From assembly GCA_964438045.1 (NCBI GenBank), contig CAYTIY010000002.1, forward strand, positions 1-44,483: 44,483 bases of DNA. The letters run 5' to 3'. Position numbers and translations under genes: made by a program. Shown piece after piece: positions 40,279 to 44,483 of this stretch (positions within the stretch are counted from its first letter, which is position 1; each line of letters starts with the position of its first letter). The DNA is from an uncultured Bacteroidales bacterium (lineage in GTDB: Bacteria; Bacteroidota; Bacteroidia; Bacteroidales; UBA1402). The notes below the pieces were generated by a model, which was not told the DNA's origin, did no database searches, and worked only from the letters and a program-made list of their open reading frames with translations.

Positions 40279-40755
40279 ATGAATGAACCGATTGTAGTTG
40301 AAAAAATTGACGCCTTGGATCGCCAGATTCTCGATATCATTACGAAGAATGCCCGCGTGCCCTTTAAAGATGTGGCAGCCGTCTGTGGCGTTTCACGTGC
40401 AGCCATCCATCAACGGGTACAACGACTCATCGACCTTGGTGTCATTACTGGATCAGGCTACACCATCAACCCAAAGACTCTCGGATTCCAAACTTGCACT
40501 TACATCGGGGTCAAGCTCGAAAAAGGCTCCATGTACAAGGATGTCGTTCCCTACCTGGAAAAAATTCCTGAGATTATTGAATGTCATTTCTGTACGGGCC
40601 CTTACACCATGCTGGTCAAGCTCTATTGCCGCGACAACGAGCATCTGATGGAACTCTTGAACCGACAGATTCAGGAAATTGAAGGTGTCACCGCAACTGA
40701 AACGTTGATTTCACTGGAACAAAGCATCAAGCGCCACATTCCCATCGTCCCCTGA
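40279..40755 (+). CDS. Lrp/AsnC-family transcriptional regulator
   Basis: 'LDRQILDIITKNARVPFKDVAAVCGVSRAAIHQRVQRL' (HTH_AsnC) followed by a RAM/AsnC_trans_reg domain ('...IIECHFCTGPYTMLVKL'). Confidence 0.92.
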   Translation: MNEPIVVEKIDALDRQILDIITKNARVPFKDVAAVCGVSRAAIHQRVQRLIDLGVITGSGYTINPKTLGFQTCTYIGVKLEKGSMYKDVVPYLEKIPEIIECHFCTGPYTMLVKLYCRDNEHLMELLNRQIQEIEGVTATETLISLEQSIKRHIPIVP

Positions 40756-40767
40756 TAGTCGCATCCG

Positions 40768-42357
40768 TTATACCTTATCAGGAGGGACGCTCAGGTATGA
40801 ATCGGCGATAGTCCTGTCTTGATGCATTCTTTCCACCAACGCTTCAATGTTGGGGAAATGTTCTTCCTGTCGGATTCGTTTCATGAAGTGTATGGTCAAA
40901 ACGTTGCCATACAAATCTCCTGAAAAGTTGAGCACATGCACCTCGATGACAATGGGAGACTCAGCGTGTAACGTTGGACGCCGGCCAATATTTAGCATCC
41001 CCTTGTAGAAAACGCCCTCAATTAAAACCCATACCGCATAAACGCCGATAGCTGGAACCAGTTTATTGGGCGAAATGGGTTGAATATTGGCCGTCGGATA
41101 ACCCAGGCTGTTCCCTATGTGGTGTCCGCCAACCACAACACCGCTGATGCTATAGGGCCGACCGGATGCTCGATTGGCGACTTCCATCTCACCGGCCAGA
41201 ATCAGCCTTCTGATAAGGGAAGAGCTGATGGTAGTCTTGTCGGGGTGAGCCAGTACAGGCTGCAGGGAAACAGAACAAACCGGCACGTCCTTTTTGTCCA
41301 GCACAGCAGAAAGGAAAAAAGGCTCAGCCTGAAGCACCTCGATACCCAACTCCCGACCGTATTTCATGTAGTCGTTGATTCCATCGGTTCGTGAGTTTCC
41401 AAAACGGTGATCAAATCCCACCATCAGGGTGGACACATGCCACTCCTCCTTTAGGATACTCATAAACTCACTTGCGCTCAAACTGGCTAAAGACATGTCA
41501 AAATCCAGTAACAGGTGGAAATCCGCCCCGGAATTTTGCAACAAAGCAGTTCGTTCGTCCTGATCAGTCAGCAATTGTGGGTAAAAATCGGCATGAAGAA
41601 CCATGCGGGGATGCGGCCAGAAACTGATAACCAACGAAGGCAATCCTCTCTCAGAAGCCAGTTGAATGGTTTTATCAATCAAGTATTGGTGGCCACGGTG
41701 TACACCATCGAAAAAACCCATTGTCGCAACACAAGAAGCCGGTCTGATCAACTGAGTACTGATATCCTCAAAAGGTTGAGGCTGATATGTTCTGATTCCC
41801 AAGACCCTGGCTGTCGTGCAATTATCTGGTCCATCATCAATAAACAGAGTTTCTTCGGGTACAAGTCCGGCATCATTCAAAACATACTCAAATATCTTCT
41901 TTCCCGGCTTTGAAAGTCCTATCTCGTATGAAAAATAGCACTTTTCAAAGCACTCGGCAAGCGGGTAACCATTTTCATTGAAGTCATTTAACCTTCGGAT
42001 ATGGATCGGATTGGTATTGCTTAAAAGGAAAACCCGGTATGTTTTTGACAACTCATGAACCATACGCATTTTGGCTACCGGAATGTCGCCCAGAAAAGAC
42101 AACCAGGCATGATCGATTTGATCGTTGGTGGCTGTCACTCCGAATAATGCCCTGACAGCATCGTGAAATTGTTCCACCCCAATATCTCCATTCTCAATTT
42201 GCCCAAAGGGTCCTGAATGTCCGTAAAGCGTGAGAAATTCCGTCACCTTGGACATACCGAGTGCTGCAAATGCATCCAGGCTTTTCTTTGGATTGAGGTC
42301 GACCAATACGCCGCCAAAATCGAAAACAATATTCTTGATGCCTTTGAGTCGTATCAT
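40768..42357 (-). CDS. ribF: Fusion protein: N-terminal HAD-superfamily phosphatase domain + bifunctional riboflavin kinase / FMN adenylyltransferase
   Basis: HAD part (about nt 41740-42357): 'IVFDFGGVLVD' (motif I, YihX-like DxG variant), 'LLSNTN', 'KPGKKIFE', 'FIDDGPDN'. RibF part (about nt 40768-41739): 'MGFFDGVHRGHQYL', 'FWPHP', 'GYPTANI', 'IEVHVLNF', 'FMKRIRQEEHF'. A single uninterrupted frame spans both. Start trimmed to the ATG at 42357. Confidence 0.85.
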   Translation of the reverse strand: MIRLKGIKNIVFDFGGVLVDLNPKKSLDAFAALGMSKVTEFLTLYGHSGPFGQIENGDIGVEQFHDAVRALFGVTATNDQIDHAWLSFLGDIPVAKMRMVHELSKTYRVFLLSNTNPIHIRRLNDFNENGYPLAECFEKCYFSYEIGLSKPGKKIFEYVLNDAGLVPEETLFIDDGPDNCTTARVLGIRTYQPQPFEDISTQLIRPASCVATMGFFDGVHRGHQYLIDKTIQLASERGLPSLVISFWPHPRMVLHADFYPQLLTDQDERTALLQNSGADFHLLLDFDMSLASLSASEFMSILKEEWHVSTLMVGFDHRFGNSRTDGINDYMKYGRELGIEVLQAEPFFLSAVLDKKDVPVCSVSLQPVLAHPDKTTISSSLIRRLILAGEMEVANRASGRPYSISGVVVGGHHIGNSLGYPTANIQPISPNKLVPAIGVYAVWVLIEGVFYKGMLNIGRRPTLHAESPIVIEVHVLNFSGDLYGNVLTIHFMKRIRQEEHFPNIEALVERMHQDRTIADSYLSVPPDKV

Positions 42358-42499
42358 TCCTGGTAAACTGTGTGTTCTTTCTTGCAGACCCCAAAGATAC
42401 GAAGATTTGGCTATCTGCTTTTGGCCGTCTCGCAAAAAATGTGTAATATTGCAGCCGCTTTCGGGATCCACCGTCGTTCGTGGCATTGTTTTCCGAATC

Positions 42500-42574
42500 G
42501 GGCCTATAGCTCAGTTGGTTAGTAGCACCTGACTCATAATCAGGGGGTCACAGGTTCAAGCCCTGTTGGGCCCA
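42500..42574 (+). tRNA. tRNA with CAU anticodon (elongator Met or lysidine-modified Ile2; the acceptor stem favours Ile2)
   Basis: Cloverleaf read by eye. Acceptor GGGCCTA / TGGGCCC, anticodon stem CCTGA/TCAGG with loop CTCATAA, T arm ACAGG-TTCAAGC-CCTGT, discriminator A. CCA is not fully encoded (ACCC follows). The D arm has an extra T (GTTAGTAGC). Confidence 0.9.
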
Positions 42575-42585
42575 CCCTCTAAATC

Positions 42586-42617
42586 AAGGTTTTACAGCAA
42601 TGTGAAACCTTTTTTTA
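42586..42617 (+). terminator. Rho-independent terminator after the tRNA
   Basis: Stem AAGGTTT / AAACCTT (7 bp) around a 12-nt loop, followed by a T6-7 run (42610-42616). Confidence 0.55.
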
Positions 42618-42777
42618 ATGCCTTTACTGAAACATTATTGAAACAACGAATCAACTGCAAAACCTGAGGATTTGTTTTTTTCAAGCTCTATCAACGCTCC
42701 CCTTTCGTCCGGGGATATGGCCCGCTTACCCTTCGTACAGGATTCACTGCCACCCGCCCAATGAGCGTTGCAGTGGA

Positions 42778-42954
42778 GTCGGGAGGGTGTTTTTTACCGG
42801 CGACTTTGAGGAAGACGTCAAAAAATAAGCCTGAGTACGGCGTTAAAATCTCATCCGAGGAACGAGCCTTTAGGCTCGGACACTTTGAGATTTTAGCCCT
42901 GCTGGCGAAATTTTAGTCTTCCGAACCGGAGCAAGGAAAAGAAACCCTCCCGGC
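42778..42954. repeat. ~177-nt interrupted inverted repeat (long imperfect hairpin) of unknown function
   Basis: Paired blocks read directly from the sequence: 42778-42788/42944-42954 (11 bp, GC-rich); T90-95/A37-42; GGAAGAC 42810-16 / GTCTTCC 42916-22; AAAAT/ATTTT 42822-26/42910-14; 42834-41/42896-42903; TAAAATCTCA 42844-53 / TGAGATTTTA 42886-95; CGAGCC 42863-68 / GGCTCG 42873-78; apical loop TTTA. Confidence 0.6.
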
Positions 42955-42992
42955 GGAACGGAAACAGGAACTTGTTCCGGAAAAGTAAGAAA

Positions 42993-43730
42993 CTAATTCT
43001 TTGTAAAGACAAAATTGGCCGTACAAGGTAAAATATGTTGAAGCAGGGTAAGTTTGTTTAGCAGGAGATAGTATATCATTTCCTTTGGCCCCCTTTTCAA
43101 TATAGATGGATAATTTTCTTTCCGTGTATCAAAGCCGAGCGTTTTTCCTAATGCTTTCATTTTTTCATAAATGATGACATCCTCATGCACTTCGGGCCTT
43201 TTTTTGTTCACTTTTTTATACGCTATAGGGTATATGTAGCTTCTGCACGATGGTTCATACATAAAAATGCATTTCCCATTTCTTCTAAGTATTCGATTTA
43301 TTTCAGCCAAACTCTCTTTATAAAGGACAAAATGATGCGCTGCAGCAAAACAAAAAACCAAATCAACAGATTCATCCTTTAATGGAATCTCGTATGATCT
43401 ACATGAAAATGATTGATCCACAGTTACCTTAAAAAGATCTTCCCAATATTTAAGAGAATCCACGGCAACCGGACTAACATCAGAAACAATGACATAGTTT
43501 TGACTATACAGCTTTTTAATCAAGCACGATGCCCAACCTTGTCCTCCACCCAATTCAAGAATATCATGTGAATTCCTGAATAATGAATCGTATTTTTTTA
43601 CCAATTCACAAAAGACAGAACTATCACCAACCTTATTGATGATGTTTTCAAGAGTAAAGTCTGACGAATACTCTGTTTTTGAATTCTCCCAAAAGCGTAG
43701 TTCTCTACGTTCTTTCTCAAGTACATCCAT
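42993..43730 (-). CDS. Class I SAM-dependent methyltransferase (Methyltransf_11/25-like), low-GC orphan
   Basis: Motif I 'ILELGGGQGW', post-I 'VIVSDVS', and 'VDLVFCFAAAHHF' / 'LRRNGKCIFMYEP'. The gene is visibly AT-rich (about 28-33% GC in lines counted by hand, against about 55% in the upstream gene). Confidence 0.8.
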   Translation of the reverse strand: MDVLEKERRELRFWENSKTEYSSDFTLENIINKVGDSSVFCELVKKYDSLFRNSHDILELGGGQGWASCLIKKLYSQNYVIVSDVSPVAVDSLKYWEDLFKVTVDQSFSCRSYEIPLKDESVDLVFCFAAAHHFVLYKESLAEINRILRRNGKCIFMYEPSCRSYIYPIAYKKVNKKRPEVHEDVIIYEKMKALGKTLGFDTRKENYPSILKRGPKEMIYYLLLNKLTLLQHILPCTANFVFTKN

Positions 43731-43773
43731 AGTTCAAGTACTTTTATGGTTTATATTTTCATCCTTAGATTCG

Positions 43774-44483
43774 TCAGTACTGGTTTGGCTTTCCCGGTGT
43801 TGGACGGATAGAGCTAGCCCCTGTAGTGGCCTGTTGGCTTGTTGGACTTTGAGTCTTGAAATCATGGATGTTGTTGTCGGAATCGGCTCCATCCGGAAAA
43901 CGACCAAAGCTCTTGTTACTGGGTACCGCATTTTGACCGGCCGAGGCAAACCCTCTTCGACCCGAAGCCGGAACCACAACAATCTGTCCGCCCTGATGCT
44001 GCACCCCTTCCAAGGTAGCAATCCAAGGACTGGCAATGGTACCGTTGGCGCTGGAATTGCTTTGCTGAGACCCGTAGACCAAACCATCAGAAAGGATCTT
44101 GCCGGTTTTGTCCATCAACGCGAGGGAACCCGCTGCGGCTGATAGCGGACTTCCAAACCATAACTGTGGCACCGCTTCATCCTGATAACCCATATTGCCA
44201 ACCAGCTTGTTTACAACCGGAGCGCCTTCTGAATGAGAGTGATTCAAAGTGTTTTCAAGTATGATACCGCTACCCAGTGCCTGTACGGCATCTCCGCTCG
44301 TATGCGCAAAGCGGGTGGCAGGTGTAAAACCGATTCCGGCACCCGGGTCGGACACATCAACCCCGTTCATGTGGTTGAATTTCAAGGGCCTTTCCAGCTC
44401 CACTTCGCCCGGTTCACCCGATGCCGCACCCGGTCTTCCTCCACCACGGACAGGCGTGGTTGCCACCTTGAGTATGCGTTTGA
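43774..44483 (-). CDS. C-terminal part of a secreted or large protein ending in a lamin-tail-domain (LTD)-like module; 5' end lies beyond the window
   Basis: The frame stays open to nt 44483, and the listed start at 44466 is an internal GTG. The C-terminal pattern 'GSLALMDKTGKILSDGLVYG...SFGRFPDGADSDNNIHDF' resembles LTD (PF00932-type) signatures. The tail is Gly/Ser/Pro-rich. Confidence 0.5.
   Translation of the reverse strand, partial: KRILKVATTPVRGGGRPGAASGEPGEVELERPLKFNHMNGVDVSDPGAGIGFTPATRFAHTSGDAVQALGSGIILENTLNHSHSEGAPVVNKLVGNMGYQDEAVPQLWFGSPLSAAAGSLALMDKTGKILSDGLVYGSQQSNSSANGTIASPWIATLEGVQHQGGQIVVVPASGRRGFASAGQNAVPSNKSFGRFPDGADSDNNIHDFKTQSPTSQQATTGASSIRPTPGKPNQY

Noticed and set aside
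40298-40648. A 116-aa ORF overlapping the Lrp/AsnC gene in another frame on the same strand.
   Set aside because: The Lrp frame has clear family motifs along its whole length. The alternative frame is Ser/Pro-rich with no motifs.
42761-42916. A 51-codon plus-strand ORF (MSVAVESGGCFLPATLRK...) inside the structured intergenic region.
   Set aside because: It starts inside a helix strand, runs through the terminator-like T-tract and the hairpin, and has no RBS or promoter. Its sequence looks random, so it is more likely a by-product of the palindromic DNA.
42778-42954. Integron gene cassette idea: the methyltransferase ORF followed by an attC-like imperfect palindrome.
   Set aside because: The expected R''/R' core sites (RYYYAAC ... 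GTTRRRY) are not matched; the closest candidate is GTTAAAA-T, where position 7 is A. At 177 nt it is long for an attC, and no intI or further cassettes are visible.
42692-42954. Whether the structured region is a known housekeeping RNA (SRP/4.5S, 6S or tmRNA).
   Set aside because: There is no GGAA/AGCA domain-IV motif as in SRP RNA, no large central bubble typical of 6S RNA, and no tRNA-like end or tag ORF as in tmRNA. Only an Rfam scan could settle this.
43636-44142. A 168-aa plus-strand ORF spanning the methyltransferase start and the LTD-like gene.
   Set aside because: It overlaps two better-supported minus-strand CDSs. It has a low-complexity Ser/Arg/Leu-rich translation, and no promoter or RBS context.

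Overview
This window is a Bacteroidota-type chromosomal segment. The evidence is the conserved tig-clpP-clpX-recQ block, a protein with a T9SS C-terminal sorting domain, a long-form IspG, and several TAnnTTTG -7 promoter boxes. About 95% of it is tightly packed core housekeeping: trpS (5' cut by the window edge), mutL, an OstA-like/SurA/PpiD envelope-foldase block, guaB, recQ, clpX, clpP, tig, a class A PBP, xerD, aroQ, pyk, rbfA, a LolE/FtsX-type permease, ispG, purE, gcvH, rpoN, an FKBP lipoprotein, an Lrp regulator and ribF. Scattered among these are a CE1-like esterase, a GH43-like hydrolase, a CPBP protease, a cytoplasmic NlpC/P60 peptidase and a T9SS-secreted S1 protease. I found no CRISPR array, transposase or IS element, phage genes, or any recognisable multi-gene defence or toxin system, and I cannot honestly nominate a clear novel multi-gene system. 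The only clearly non-core part is the right-hand end. After a tRNA with a CAU anticodon (42500-42574) comes about 420 bp of ORF-poor but highly structured DNA, including a ~177-nt interrupted hairpin. Next is a visibly low-GC orphan SAM methyltransferase, then the high-GC 3' end of a lamin-tail-domain-like protein that runs off the window. The other notable item is an in-frame HAD-phosphatase::RibF fusion. Many ORF-track starts were trimmed to internal ATGs, because the longer models begin at GTG/TTG codons, overlap the upstream gene, or precede an obvious signal peptide. All calls rest on reading the translations and sequence by eye; no searches or folding programs were run.
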